64,000 nt of DNA, taken from contig RHPI01000385.1 of NCBI GenBank assembly GCA_009103225.1, positions 311,898 through 375,897 of the forward strand, in the 5' to 3' direction. Source of the stretch: Chlorokybus atmophyticus. Taxonomy: Eukaryota; Plantae; Mesostigma and Chlorokybus algae. The notes below the pieces were generated by a model. That model was not told the DNA's origin, searched no databases, and saw only the letters and a program-made list of their open reading frames with translations. Both the position numbers and the translations under genes were made by a program. Shown piece by piece: positions 28,844 to 42,655 of the stretch. Position 1 is the stretch's first letter; every line of letters begins with the position of its first letter.

Positions 28844-29864
28844 TGTAACGATACCACTCACTTACTTGCTGGGCGGCTTGGCAAACTTATGCACAAGCAC
28901 AAGGACTTACTACTGGAAGCCCTACCAGCGTCACTGGTGCAGTACCTTGCAGAGGAAGTCACAGCACCGCACCAAGGAAGGAGAGGATGACACCAACCTC
29001 TCTACTCAGCTCCCACACACTCACACACTCAAGCACACCTCACACACATGTGCAAAGCTGCCACGGACATCACACCCCACATGGGATGAGAGGGAGAGCC
29101 CCTTGAACAACTAAACTAGGCACCCCACACACAAGAGTCGAGTATGCACATGCTGAGCTGCCTTAACACATGTTGAGGCCGTTCCTATACCCTCTCTTTG
29201 CTGCTCTCCGACCTAGAACATCCAAGTCCAAGGCTGCATGCCTTGTCATGGCTGCGTTGACCACAACTCATGTCTAGGGCTGCCACATCAGCCCTTGGAC
29301 CTCTTTGAACGCCCAAGACTGATCACACATCAGCCTCGGACATTGTAAACGTCCCTAGCCTGGTCACATCAGCCTAGGACATCCCACACATTATCCTTGG
29401 ACGCTGTGAACGTCCTTGGCTGGTCACATCAGCCTAGGACATCATACTCATGCATACATATGCATCCTTATGCATACATATGCGCATATGCACACATATG
29501 CGCATGCATGCATATACACGCATACATCTAGTACATACCTCTCATGCACGCATATGCACTCATATGCGTACATGTGCACACATATGCAAACACATGCATA
29601 CACATGCGGACATATGCACACATATGTCTCTGTANTCTGTACCTCACATGATGTCTCATCGGCTATGATCAGCCCTGTGCTTGCCATCATGCCTTGTGTA
29701 GTTCATCATGCTCAAGGCGCACAGGCTCTAGAGCAGACCTACATGAGAGCACACCCACAAGCACTACACACGCTTGCGTAGTGTGGGTCCCCACTTGGTC
29801 TCATCTTACATACCACATAAGTAAGGGACAGAGAATAATTTTTGCCTGCCCTGTGGGCGTGACA
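28844..29864 (-). repeat. 5' LTR of outer element (1021 bp)
   Basis: Matches 15864-16818, plus roughly one extra CACATCAGCC subrepeat unit. Confidence 0.93.
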
Positions 29865-31394
29865 ATATCAATGCGATACTGTCACGTCGATGAAATACAA
29901 TAAATTATTTAAATATATCGTTGTTAAACTGATAATATTGCTGTTTACTTTATTGTGATAAGTTCAATAATATATAAAGGCATGTTTTGTAAACATCATG
30001 TATTGTACTCACAACCAACGTATGTATTGTCCATATATAGTTTTAATCGGATTCGTATCATCGTATTACAATCCAAATTTTTATAACCAATGAATGAAGC
30101 ACAGTCGAAGGTAAACATGTTTATTAATTTACTGTAGCATCGCTATATCTGTTTTTTGTATTAACAGCCAACAGTAAAAAGCAGCTTTACTCAATGTATT
30201 CTCACATACAGCTTGTGTTTGTATTATGTCGCGCACATTCCCTATAAAGTTGACACGGGTCAAAAACGTTGGATGCTTGCAATGTATTTGTAACACATAC
30301 TATTGAAGACTTATGGAAAGATGTTACAATGTTGGTGTATACGCATGAAACACAAATTCCAAGAGCTTGTAACTTGTAACGTATGAACAATGCGAATATT
30401 GTAATGCTACTGTATATTATTGCCCACCAGAATGGTCCACATGTCTTTCAACCGCACTTATATAATATACATCATCCTGTGTGATGTCTTATGATACATT
30501 ATGTGGTTGCAATCCAATAGTTATCGCAGGATTAACTTTGTCAACATTATTGTATATATGTACTCATTTACTCAACGTTTATACCATTAAAACGCATGAT
30601 ATGATGATCAAATGGCAGTATGCAAGAGGATATCCGCTGACGGTAATGAAGCACCACCTCTATTGACCAATGTTGTGCTATTGCTAAGTCAATCAATGTC
30701 TTGATTTCTTATATCACAAATTGATTTTGCAAGTAGAAATAAATATCTTACTCATATGAGTATGCTTATTAACGCGATAATCTGTTGTTGTGCAACATTT
30801 GACTTGATTTATGAAATTTCACATGTCAACGTTTGGCAGTCGTTAACATGTGAAATCAAGGTTAGTGTGTCTCATTGCTCTGGTGATACTTTGCTCAGCA
30901 TCAGTAAGAGTGAGTGTTTCATGTTGGTCATCAGATGCTGAGCAAACTGTTTGCACATGAAAATGGTTGATCGCACGGTGGAACTTTGCAAAAGTCCACT
31001 TCCAGGCAAGCAACATACTTGGCTGGCAACTTCCCCATAACCTTCCAACAAAATGCAGGCCGCGCGCCGCGAGCGGCGTTTAGCAATCGTCGCTGGCAGC
31101 GCTGGCAACGGTCGGCTGCGTTTGAAAACTTGCTTCGAATCGGACGGCACGATATCGGACATCGGTGCGGTGTCAACCGTCCGATCCACGTGGGGCCGGT
31201 GCGTGGGCGTGTCTCAAGCACGCCCCGTCGGGCGTAACGCGAGCCAACGGAGCGTAATTGACCACGGCGTCATCCAACAAAGCTGCCTGCTTCACGTTGC
31301 TCCTGGCGTAGTGACGGGCACGCGTGGTTGGCGGCGGCGGCAGCGGCGGCGGCAGGAGGAAAGGGGCTGTGGCTGAGGGCTTCGCCTGCCCGTG

Positions 31395-32047
31395 ATGAAC
31401 CACGGCATGAGCAACGCCGTTGCGGCCGCCGCGCCTTCCCCCGTAAGCGCCAAGCATGGAGCGAGGGCGCCAGCGCAACCCGTCGACTCAAACGCCGTCG
31501 CCCGCCGCCTGCAGCAGGAGCTCGCCGCCCTCATGGTAGGCGTCCTTGTGCTTGTCGTCATTGTCGGCATTGTCATTGCCGTGGTCGTTCCTGTGCATTC
31601 TAGCAAACACTTGTGACATGCGCTGGCTTGCAGATGAGCGGGGACGCGGGCATATCGGCGTTCCCGGAGGGCGACAGCATCTTGGCGTGGTCGGGGAGGG
31701 TAGCAGGGGTGGCGGGCACGCCATACGAGGGGTTGACATACAAGGTGTCATTGCGCTTCCCCAGCGAATACCCTTACAAGGCGCCGGTCGTGAGGTTTGA
31801 GACGTCTTGCTTCCACCCTAATGTGGACGCCCACGGCAACGTCTGCCTGGACATCCTCAAGGAGCAGTGGTCCGCCGTCTACAACGTCCGGACCGTCCTT
31901 CTCTCCCTGCAAGCCCTCCTTGGCGAGCCTAACAATGACAGCCCCCTCAATGGACATGCTGCCGCCCTCTGGTCCAACCAGCAGGAATTCAGAGCCCTCG
32001 TGCACAAGAAGTACCGAGAAGCCGAGCAGCCCAACAGCAAGCAGTGA
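31395..32047 (+). CDS. UBC19: Ubiquitin-conjugating enzyme E2 C (APC/C E2, UBC19/20-like), 2 exons
   Basis: ARRLQQELAALM/MSGDAGISAFPEGD; FHPNVDAHGNVCLDILKEQWS; EPNNDSPLNGHAAALW. Confidence 0.95.
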
Positions 32048-32935
32048 GGTACTTGCACAAGCAACAGCTCAACATGAATCGCACACGCACATGAGTTACT
32101 GCAGCAGTCGCAAACACAACTCGCTGTTTCGCAGACATTTGTGTGCCATGCCACGCGACGCCCCCCACTCCCCCTCTGTAAAGACAACAGAGCACCTCAT
32201 TTCAGCGCTAGCTTAGCTTAGGTAGGTATTTGGTTAGGATGAGAGCTTGCAGTGTAGTGGGCGAGACACTCAGACACTGCAGGTCCGATCTGTACAGCCG
32301 GACACATGTGCAGCCAGAGGTACTATGTACTGGTGATAATGCTATACAGTTATTCTTTGATATGTGATGGTCGGTGACTGCATGTATGGTGTGTACACAT
32401 GGCATTGTGCACTTAGAAACAATGGCAGAGTAACATTGTGCAAGTGTTGTAAGCATGAAATCCTGATAGTGACACTGTCACTAAATTGTCACTTGTTGTG
32501 ATTGTCATTGTGCATGCATGCACATTATGCAGCACATGGGTGCCTCAAGAGCATACAGGCATAAGCACAGTGAGCATATCTGCATGTGGATGTCAATATA
32601 GACACGCGTGGATATTGCTAGTATTGTTGAGGACTTTTTTGGCCACTTAGTATTGAGGCATAGTGCCATGGTGGGGTGCATGTTGTTGCACTGCAATGTG
32701 ACGCACATGGTGGCTTCGTTTGCACCTCATGTTTTCTGGTTGTGTTGTGTGCACACATAAATGACTTGCTGCTATTTGTGTCTACGATCTCAGTAAATAA
32801 CCATAGCCCTAGTGACATAAGCAATGGAAAGCTGCACTGTCGATGAGCATGGAAACAACTGCTTGCCAGAGATGACCTGTCACGTGCAGCACCGGTGCAA
32901 GTCCACACTTCATCACTTCATGCACTGCTGCCTGT

Positions 32936-35183
32936 TCAGTTGACGCCATGGGCGTCTACTGTTGCCTGATATCTGTTGACAGCATTTTCAACATCTGCTT
33001 CTCCGCCGAGTCCGCCCAGTCGCCATACAGCTTCTTCCTGTCTACCTAGGAACAGAGTGTATTCAGTAACAACAGGACAGCTGTAGCGCACGCAGTACAT
33101 GAAACAACCTACCTGTCGGCTTTGTTCAATGAAGAGGTTCTGTCTTTGCTGATGCGCAGCCAGAGCTTCTGCTGCACCGTTCCCACCCAGACCATACACT
33201 TGAACATCTATAACTGGCACTTCCAATGCAGTATACCCCTGCACAACTGGCTTGGTGAGTTAGTGAACACATACCAACCCTCCGAAGGACATCTTGTTCT
33301 CAACTCACTGCACCTGTTCTGGTAGCAGGCGGCCAGGGTTGTACGTAGTGTCATGTGCATGATGCTGCAGAGTGACAGCTGTTGAGTCTCTATCCAACCA
33401 CAGCCGCAGGCCGGAGGCAAGGTCTCCACCGAACCCGAGGCCTTCAGGGAGTGTGTTGGCTCGGTAGCCCCCGCCCGCGCTAAGGTGGCAGTACACATAT
33501 GTGGATCCCTTACGAGAGGTCCTGATCACACGGAACTCAGGGCTTACGCTGAACAAGCAGCTGTAAGAAGAACCAAAGAAGGTGTCCTGCTGTTTGAGGC
33601 CATCTGGCAGGTACGCGGCAATGACGGCCGTAGTGCGCGCTTCATCAGGCCGGCGCACTGCGAGCAGCAGCAACACGGGACCTGCATACCCCACCACCTG
33701 TACACGTTGAGATGAAGACTGCAGAAACACTGCATACTCGGCACCTGCACCGAAACAAAGCATACACATACCTGTGCTGTGAGCCTGTTCAACCCGCTGC
33801 CATGAACTGAAGCAGCATAGAGCGGTTCAGGGACATGCCAGCTGGTACTGCCACGGACACCAGCTTGATCCAACAACCAGAACACCTCAGGAGTCAGCAG
33901 CGCTGAGCCATGTTGTGGCTGCAAATTCAAAGATGTGCCATGCTCCGCAGGTTTGCCAACATCATGATGCGCTGTATCCAGCAATCTCCTCTTCAAATAG
34001 CTTGCTGCAATGTCTGCAAGGCCAGGGCTATGATCCCCAAGCCATGTTGCTGCGTCGGACATGGAACAACCCTCTGTATGGTCTGATGCAAAAGATGACC
34101 CCAACGAGGATGCCACTGATGACGGAGTGTCGGCAAGTGCAGATGAGCTCATTCGCCAACAAGCATCCACCAGCACCTGTGCAAGCATATCACCGCTTGG
34201 CATTGCCAATGTCACGATTGGCCATGTCGTTTTTAGCACACTGTCTTGAGTCATTGCGGCATAAACACATGAACCTGGTCAAGATTGCAACTCCGACACG
34301 CACGCATACGAGCATATGAAACACCAAATCCACGACCGCCGCTGTGGATTGCAAGCAAGCAAGATGTGTATGCAAGCGCATGAGATGTGTGGATGTGTAC
34401 ACGTTCATGGCAAGCACATGTTGCAGCCCTTGTCCACACCACAGTGTTGATTATGATGGAAGAAAGCAGCATATGCATGCATTGCAGCGTACCCTCACAC
34501 CTCAATATCCTTTTGACAAAGCTTTCCGCTGCTGTCAGCAAACCCTTCGGCAAGCATGCGCAGTCTGTCAGCTCTGCTGCACGCAGATCCGCACCAGCGA
34601 GCTGCACCAGCAGCGAACGCTGCATAGTCGACGCTGGTAGGCCGCGAAGTGGAAGCAGCAGCAACTTCACTCTGCAAGCGAAGCAAAGTGTGACTCACAT
34701 GACAACAACAACATCTGACGCAGTCACAAGTCATATGGTATGCATGACCCTACAGTAAACGTAGCGTCTGCTTTCTTTGAGCTTGAGACCAGATCGGTTA
34801 AGCAAATATAGCCCTGTAGATGTACCTCCCAGGCTGAGAGCAGTGCACGCGACGCTTCCTTCCCGAGGTGGACCTGCGCGCAAGCCAGAGGTCAGCATGT
34901 TTGCAGCATAAGCGCAGGATCAACAAGCACATGAAAGTGTATCACATGCAACGTAGAGCGAAGAGTGAGTGAAGAATGAGTTCCCAAGCAGCGCACCACT
35001 GTGGATGAGCCCTACCCGCAGCTCAACCAGCGGAAGAAGCTGCTGCGAGCCAGCTAGCTTCCTGAACAGCGCTTTCAGCGCCACCGCGGCATCCCCGCCG
35101 AGCTCTACATCTGCCTCAGCTGCTCTGCCAACTGTCCTGCTAGACGTAGCCGCCGGCGCCGCCTTCGCCTCCCCGTTGCCCAT
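32936..35183 (-). CDS. TLDc-domain protein (MEAK7/OXR-like) with N-terminal MGN myristoylation-type start
   Basis: LYAASVHGSGLNRL; FFGSSYSCLFSVSPEF; GLGFGG; LWLD; VQVYGLGG TLDc motifs. Confidence 0.8.
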
Positions 35184-36100
35184 GTCGCCGACCACAAGGC
35201 TTACTGTGGCGCACAGCTCTCTCTTACAAGCAGAAGCACTCCGATTGCACTCGGTCTTTGCGCCAAGTTCCTGCGCGTCTTGCCGGCACTTGTCTGGCAT
35301 TGCCCTTGTGGCGTAGCCGGCGATCTCAGCTGCATTGACCGTCGAAGGCATTCACGCGAAGCTTGTGGCAGCTGAGCTTGAGTGCAGTGTCGCTGGCGTT
35401 GAGCAGGTGGCGCGTGTGGGCGGCGTTGTTGAAGCGGACGAGGAGATAGTCGTAATGGTTTGAATTTGAACCGGCTGTGCTATGTGTGAGGCTTTTCCGG
35501 TTGACTGGAAGGTTGCGAAAGCCGGCGATTTTTTTTCTGCGGTGTGCTGCTTGGCCAGCTAGATTGACGGGGTGTAGGGCGTAGGAAGCTTTAGCTGGAG
35601 CTCAACTTATCTAGTTTGCTGTGGTGAGGACTTTGCCGAGAGGCGCCACATCAACCGACAGGCAACTGGGCTGGGAGCTATCAACACGCTGCCCGTTCTC
35701 GGTACTTTAAACTCTAGGTAGGGTGATCTATCTCTACAAGCCTGAATTTGTGCATTATCAATTGCAAGCAACTCAATACTGGTCGGCATGTCATGCTGTG
35801 GTTCTTGTCATTGTCGAATGCACATGGCATGAACCGTATGTACACAAACTATTCCAGCGGTTTGTCGATGTGATGAGTGCAGCTTCTCTTGTAGTGTATT
35901 GACAGCCAATGGCCTATGCGATGCGAGTGCGCGTTGCTATGGTCTCGTCTCTTTACTGTAGGTATCAACCCCATGGCAAGTGGTTTTCATGCGCCATGCA
36001 GAGGGACTCACTCCCTAGCTTGTGCACAAACTAGATGTGCAACCAAAGGCTTTTAACTTTGCGTTGCTTTGCGTTTGCAGTTAGAAAACGTCTGTCTTCA

Positions 36101-39067
36101 ATGATGGCGCTACTGCGGCGTTTCACCATACTGATGCTAGTAGCGCTACTTCTGGTGTCGTTGGGCGCTGTAGCATCAGGCGATGAAAATGAGGTTGTGG
36201 CGGATGCACCAGCAGGTCCACTCACTGGCTATGGGGACTTGAGCGATGACGCTGGTTCAGTGGTGAGTAGCATGTGGTAGTGCGTACCCACTTGGAGGTT
36301 GTGGCTTGTTGCCTGTGTAGCAGTGGTTCGGACTATTCGCACATGCGCGTGGTATTGAACTAGCATTGCTCTATTAACCGAGCTTGCGCATGCGTGTCGG
36401 TCTTTAGGACAACGATGGACCCAAGTCACAGGAGGCCACTTTTGGTCACAATCAGACAGCTGTGCTAGATGTGGACTGGAGGCTAGCACTTGCGCAGCGT
36501 GGGCTAGAACATGTAGACGAGGCTCAAGCGCAGTACGCGAACGGCATCAAGCACCTTGTGGACACCCCGACGCGGGATCTGGTTGCGGCTGTGGAGCACT
36601 TGCAGCAAGCAGCTGACAAGGGGCATGCTCATGCGCAATCAACATTGGCATTCTTACACACCGTCGGGCTAGCAGGTAAGCTTTTGTCAACAAGCAAGCA
36701 CGATGGGCTCACAAACAACTCCATGCGACTTGGGCATGGCCACCATGCGAGGTTGTACTCTGAGCGTGTTGATGTGGAAACTAAGTTGCAATGATAGGCG
36801 TGCAGCAGAACGATGCAGTAGCTGTGCTCTACCATGAGTTTGCGGGCAGAGGCGGTAGTGCTCCTTCCCGGATGGCCCTGGCATACAAATTCACGCGGAA
36901 CCAGGAGTGTGAGGCAGGGTTGCCTCACGCTGCAGCGGCAGCCGCTGCTGCAATGGCGGCATTTACCAAACCATCGCCTTCCCCGCCTCTGGTAGAAGCT
37001 GTGCGGTTATCTCGGGACTCCTTTGCTCCAGATTCCGATGCAAGTAAGGGCCACCAGGGCGAGCGCGACGAAGCAATTGCGTTTCTTCAGCACTCTGCAG
37101 AGCAGGCACGGTTTGTCAACAGAAATGGAGGTACTAGCGATGGTGATGTTTTTAGCAGGTGCTTACTTTCACCATCATTGCAGGGGGATGCCGAGGCAGC
37201 ACATGCCATGGCAAATCTTCATTATTGGGGTGCGCGCGGGGTCACGCGCGACCATGCACGAGCTGCAAGGCTTTATCTGCAGGTTGTGCTCAAAGCACTC
37301 TTTCATTGACACAGTGGTAGTCGTCCTGACACGTGTCTTGAATGTCTTTTACCTACAGGCGGCAGAAGCTGGGGATGCGGATGCAGCTGTCTCGCTTGGT
37401 GAAATGAACGCCCGCGGCGTCGGCGTGCCACTGAACTATTCAGAGGCCCGACGCCTGTTTGAGTCAGCGTCTAAGAGACATCCGGGCGCTCTCAATGGGT
37501 TAGGCTATCTCTATGCGTATGGACGTGGAGTGACAAGAGACTACACCAAGGCAAGTTTGGTTGTGTTGCTGGGTTGTTACAGCCAGCAACTGTTGCAGCA
37601 CCCAGTCTGCTGTGGCGTCAACAAGCTTGTCCCACAGGCACTACAGCTGTTTCATCAGGCAGCACATAATGGGTCCTTCGACGCCATGTACAACCTTGGC
37701 ATGATGCACTACAAGGGACTTGGAGTTCTGAAAGACTATCGTGCAGCTGTGGAGCACTTTCAACGAGCCGCTACTGGCAGGCATCTTGGTGCCGTCTACA
37801 TGCTGGCCAAGATGCATCACACAGCGCAGGTGATTAACATGCTTGGACTTTCAAATACCTATGTCTTTAGCAGCGCGCGGGCACAGTGCATACCAATTTG
37901 GATATATGTGTTCACACACTTCCGCATGTAAGCTTTCAAGCAAGGCTGATGCAGCTCTATGGAGTTATGCTGTGTTTGTGTTTTAAGCTATACAAGCTGC
38001 CCTCAGCACCACGTTGTTTTGAAGAGGCTGAGTGGCACATAACACATATGTGCAGGGTGTCCCACGGTCATGTTCTGTAAGCATGCGCTTGTACAAAGAT
38101 GTTTCTGAGAGGGGACCCTGGGGGTACTTGCTGCGGTGGGCTCATGAGCGCTACATGGACGGCGATGGCGAGGCTGCCCTGTTACTGTACCTTCGTGCCG
38201 CAGAGCTTGGCTACGAAGTGGCTCAAAGCAATGCCGCCTGGTTATTGGAAAGGTAGTTCTTGCCACTTGTAAAGGTCCACATGTATTGCTTTGGTTGAGT
38301 GTTCTGCTCACAGGGGTGCTGGCCTTCGCAGTTTGCAGACCAAGACTGCACATGTGTACAATAAGTGTTGTGATGGACTCGCTTGGTTGGGCTGATACGT
38401 TTTCTGGCTGTGCAGGGGTTACGGGCGCGATCTTGGCGCAGACAGCAACTTACGCATACGCCTCGCACAACGGCTCTGGCGCTGGGCGGCAGACCAAGGC
38501 AACGTGCAGGCTATACTGCACGTGGGTGATGCTCACTACTATGGCGAGGGAACTTCCGTGGATTACATGCGCGCAGTGGCAGCCTACCAGCAGGCTGCAC
38601 AGTTGAACAGTGCGCAGGTGCGATGGGCATATGTGTTTCATACGTTGTGTTGTGTTCAAGCTCATTTCTGCCACCATGCACTGATGTTGTAATGCACTGC
38701 TGATGCGAGTGCTTGTGGGCGCCAGGCGATGTTCAATCTAGGGAGCATGCAGGAGAGGGGGCAGGGCCTGCCCAAGGACTTGGAGCTGGCAAAGCGTTAC
38801 TACGACAGCGCACTGCAGGCCAACTCTGAGGCGTATGTGCCAGCCACGGTCGCGCTTACGGTGCTGTGGCTACGGATGCATGGCTTCGACAGCACGATTG
38901 ACTCGCTCATACGCGTCGCACGTGACGCTGTTGACTGGGGCCTAAAGGACAGCAACGCCATTGTGGTGTCGCTGGTGGTAGCGCTTCTCACCGTCATGTA
39001 CCTGCGGCACCAGCGCGCCCGTCAACAACGGCGCTTGGAAGCAGAACTGCCGCCCCGAGAGGACTAG
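36101..39067 (+). CDS. HRD3: ERAD component HRD3/SEL1L (signal peptide, Sel1 repeats, C-terminal TM)
   Basis: Repeated Sel1 motifs ([46 protein letters not shown]); [14 protein letters not shown]; [26 protein letters not shown]. Confidence 0.92.
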
Positions 39068-40236
39068 CCGTAACAGTACTTTGATTGATATTGATAGTTT
39101 CTTAGCTTATGTGACTGCAAGGTATGTGTGCTTGGCAAGTGCAGCTGCCATACCGAGAGTTTGTAGGTTTGTAGATTCTGTCAGTGCCCGGTGACTTGTT
39201 GCGCGTTGTTGTACAGTTGTACATTGAATAAGAATGATGTGCACAATTTTGCAACCCTTGATTTTGCCCACAAGCTTGTCAAGTTGTGGGCGGTTGAGTT
39301 GTCCTGCTTCCATAGAGTTAGTATGCAACATTTTTATGTCTCGAGCAACGGTTGTCGCTGTTGTATTTCTTGCACTGGTGCAGCACACTCATTCTTAAGG
39401 CCTCTGCAGCTCTGCATTGCGGTGATTCTGAGCAACAGCCATGGTCTGCATTCTGCCTGCCTGCGCAATGCCGACTGCCAGCTGTGCATATCAGGTGTAC
39501 AACATCATAAATGTAATGATTGTGCGTAAGCACAAGTGTCACAAGCAGCAATTGTCGTTAGGCAACAAAGGCTGGCCCCAAGCCTCACATGCAATACATG
39601 GCCATGACTACCATCAAGGCGGTGAACTGGCTGCAGTCCCACGCCACAGTCAAGTCCCCACCTCATCACGGAAAGGCGAGAGTGAGCAAGTTGCCTTGTG
39701 GGCAACTGCTCACTGCCGCCAACACCTCTTTATCGCATTAGGGTTCCGGAATGGCCTGCAACTCATGCGCTCATGGCTGCAACGGTCTCACTCATCATTC
39801 GTCAGTCAGTCACACACAAGCAGTCACAAGCAGTCAAGCAGTCAGTGTCAGCATTCAGGCACCCACAGCTGTTGTAATAGCATAACAAATCAACAATCAC
39901 AACACTCAATACACTTCACACAGGAACACAACAGGCCGTTACTACGCGGAACAAACGTTGGCGACGGGTTAACACCTGCAACATCCATTACATAATGAAT
40001 CGCCGCCCTGCTATGCGGTGCTGTGTGCAAGTGTGGCACCATGGCTGGTGCGCTCGTATGCTCCCTCCCTCCCTCCCTCTACTGCACTGTCATGCCTTCT
40101 CGCCCATGGCGCTATATGCAACCATGTGACTTAAACAATAGCCTCCTATTTGAGAAGAGCAACCATTGAATACAATCAGCCGGCCCAGTGCATTGACTAG
40201 TTGGTAGCAAGACACGCTAATCCACTCATGGAGTTG

Positions 40237-42577
40237 TTACAAGAATGAGCGCTGAGGACCACTGCTGCCAAAGCGTGAAGACAGCGCCGCCGCTTGCAGC
40301 GCCCGCTGCTTGGAGTTGGAGGCTGCCGCCTTGGGCCCTGCCGCCAGGTCCTTGTCGCGGTCCCAAGGTTGCCAGGGGTGCTCAGCCGCCCATTCAGGAT
40401 CATCTTGCTTTGTACCTTTCTTCTTCTTCTTCCTCTCCTCCCTCTGCGCGTCCTGGTGCTGCTCGAGTAGGGTCTTCTGGCGCTTGTGCGAGTTGTACTC
40501 GTCCACCAGCTGCGCTGTTGCAGACGCCTTCTTCGCTTGCAACTCTGCGATTGCCTCTTCTTTGGCAGCACTGCTTTGCAGAAACCTGCGTGGTAACAAT
40601 GAGCCACGCGTTGCGCAAAGCTGCGAAAAATACAGTGACAATAGCACAAAGCATACACCAATAACTTACTGCTGCTGATTGCGTTTCATTGCATCAGCTG
40701 GGCTGTCCGTCCACCCACTCGTATCACCTCTGCCAGATCGTTCATTGCGGCTGAACTGCCTCGACTTCAGATCGACATGACCGGCCTGTCCATCAGCCAT
40801 AAGCAAGCAACGGTCAGCGTCATGACCATGGTAACAAGCAACGATTATGCTGCCATCCATGCAATCAGTCCATGCAATTGCCAATATCAAGCTCACCTTG
40901 CGTTCAGGAGGCAGCTCGGTCATCCAGTCTTCGCGCACAGTGCCGGATGCACTCTGCGACTGTGGTCGCAGCAGATCTTCATCACCTGGTATCACAATTT
41001 CATGCTTATAAGCTGCTGGCTACAAAGGGATTGCACAGATGCACGCGCTTGCATACATGTACGCAAGCACGCATGCGCGTGCGCGCACGTACACACGTGC
41101 ATACACACAGCGAGAAACACTCATGCAGCTATTACATCTTGAACCAGTCCACTACAGGGGGTTTCTGCACCTCATGAAAAACTCTTACCCTGCAGAGGTG
41201 CTTCCCCACGCTGCTTGCGCCACATTGCTGCTTGGCGCCGCTCCGCCAGCTCCGCTTCAAACTGCTTCCTTGTCTCGCGCTCTGTGTGTGCAGCGTCCAC
41301 TGCTGCTCGCTTCTCTGGATCTAGCAGCTGCAGGTTGTTGGTGTTACACGAGTCAGCCGGTTGAAAGGTCAAATCCAAACATGGGCATACTAGCTTCAGA
41401 TCAGTTGGGCATGTATGTCGACCATGCGTATGCATTGCAACCGCAATGGACATGAACATCGCGACGTGTGGCAGTGTACACGTCTACAAAGTGGCCATGT
41501 TTGTTGATACTGCGCAGACCTGATCTAATACCATATGCGATGTATGCAAGGCTGGGCACAAAACCTACAAACTCCACACCTAATGCTGCACGCAATGCCG
41601 GTACTCCCCTCCCCGAACCGCGCTATGGTTACAAAGCGACACGATGCAGGCCCACCTGCAGTCTAGCTTTGTTGAGTCTTGAAAAAGCCTCGTGCGCGTG
41701 CGGATGGCTACACTTGTCCGGATGGACAAGAAGCGAGATGCGCCAGTAATGCTTTCTGATGGCAGCAGCCGCAGCATCGTGGTCCACTCCCACCACTTCA
41801 TACGCGTCCGCATCCGGTCTCAACTCCATGATGCGCTTCACCTGCCGTTGCAGAAGCAGTTATTCAGTCAAACACTAAAGTGTGCATGTGCATACAAACT
41901 GTTGATGCGGCTACAAACCTGTGCATTTCTGTCGTCTTCACTCGCAGCAGCCGCTTCGGCAACGAGGGCGGGCGGGGCAGGGCCGATGAAGTCCTCGCCG
42001 CCCTGCTCTTCAGCATCCTCGGCAACGGACGCCAGCAGCTCGGGCGGTGGCCGGGCCGGCCCAATGACTCTGGGTTTGGGCGGCGGCATCGCTGCGGGGC
42101 CAATCACTACAAACATGATACAGGCATGTGAGTGTCATGGGGAGGGATGTGCATTGTGTATCGCAGCTTGAGCCAAAGACCACAGCAGTCGACACGAATG
42201 CCAACATCGAGAAGCAGCAACCAAACACGTTGGTGTGTGTTGATCTCTGCAACGGACAGACACATTGCAAAGGTTCTGACCTACAGGAGTCTCCTCTGCA
42301 TCCTCAACTGCACCGTCACATGCTTCATCGTGCTTGGAAACCTGTTCACAAAGCAAGTGAAACAGAGACAAGTCAAGATGGGAACCTTCAATATGGCAAT
42401 ATAATTCTGCCTGATGGTGGGAGGAGGGGGGGGGNNNNNNNNNNNNNNNNNNNNNNNNNNNNNNNNNNNNNNNNNNNNNNNNNNNNNNNNNNNNNNNNNN
42501 NNNNNNNNNNNNNNNNNNNNNNNNNNNNNNNNNNNNNNNNNNNNNNNNNNNNNNNNNNNNNNNNNNNNNNNNNNNNN

Positions 42578-42655
<78 letters not shown>

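Larger units (their letters stand above)
15864..29864 (-). mobile_element. Outer Ty3/Gypsy chromovirus LTR retrotransposon (degenerate), interrupted by a nested element
   Basis: LTRs at 15864-16818 and 28844-29864 (TGT...ACA); near-TSD ATATT/ATATC; PBS-like TGGACTCGGAGC on the minus strand next to 28843; PPT GGGGAGGAA next to 16819; protease, RT, RNase H, integrase and chromodomain on the minus strand. Confidence 0.92.

Noticed and set aside
29865-30900. AT-rich island (with the similar flank at 14.6-15.86 kb) as an endogenous viral or HGT relic
   Set aside because: The frames I translated are stop-riddled with no recognisable motif; composition alone is insufficient.
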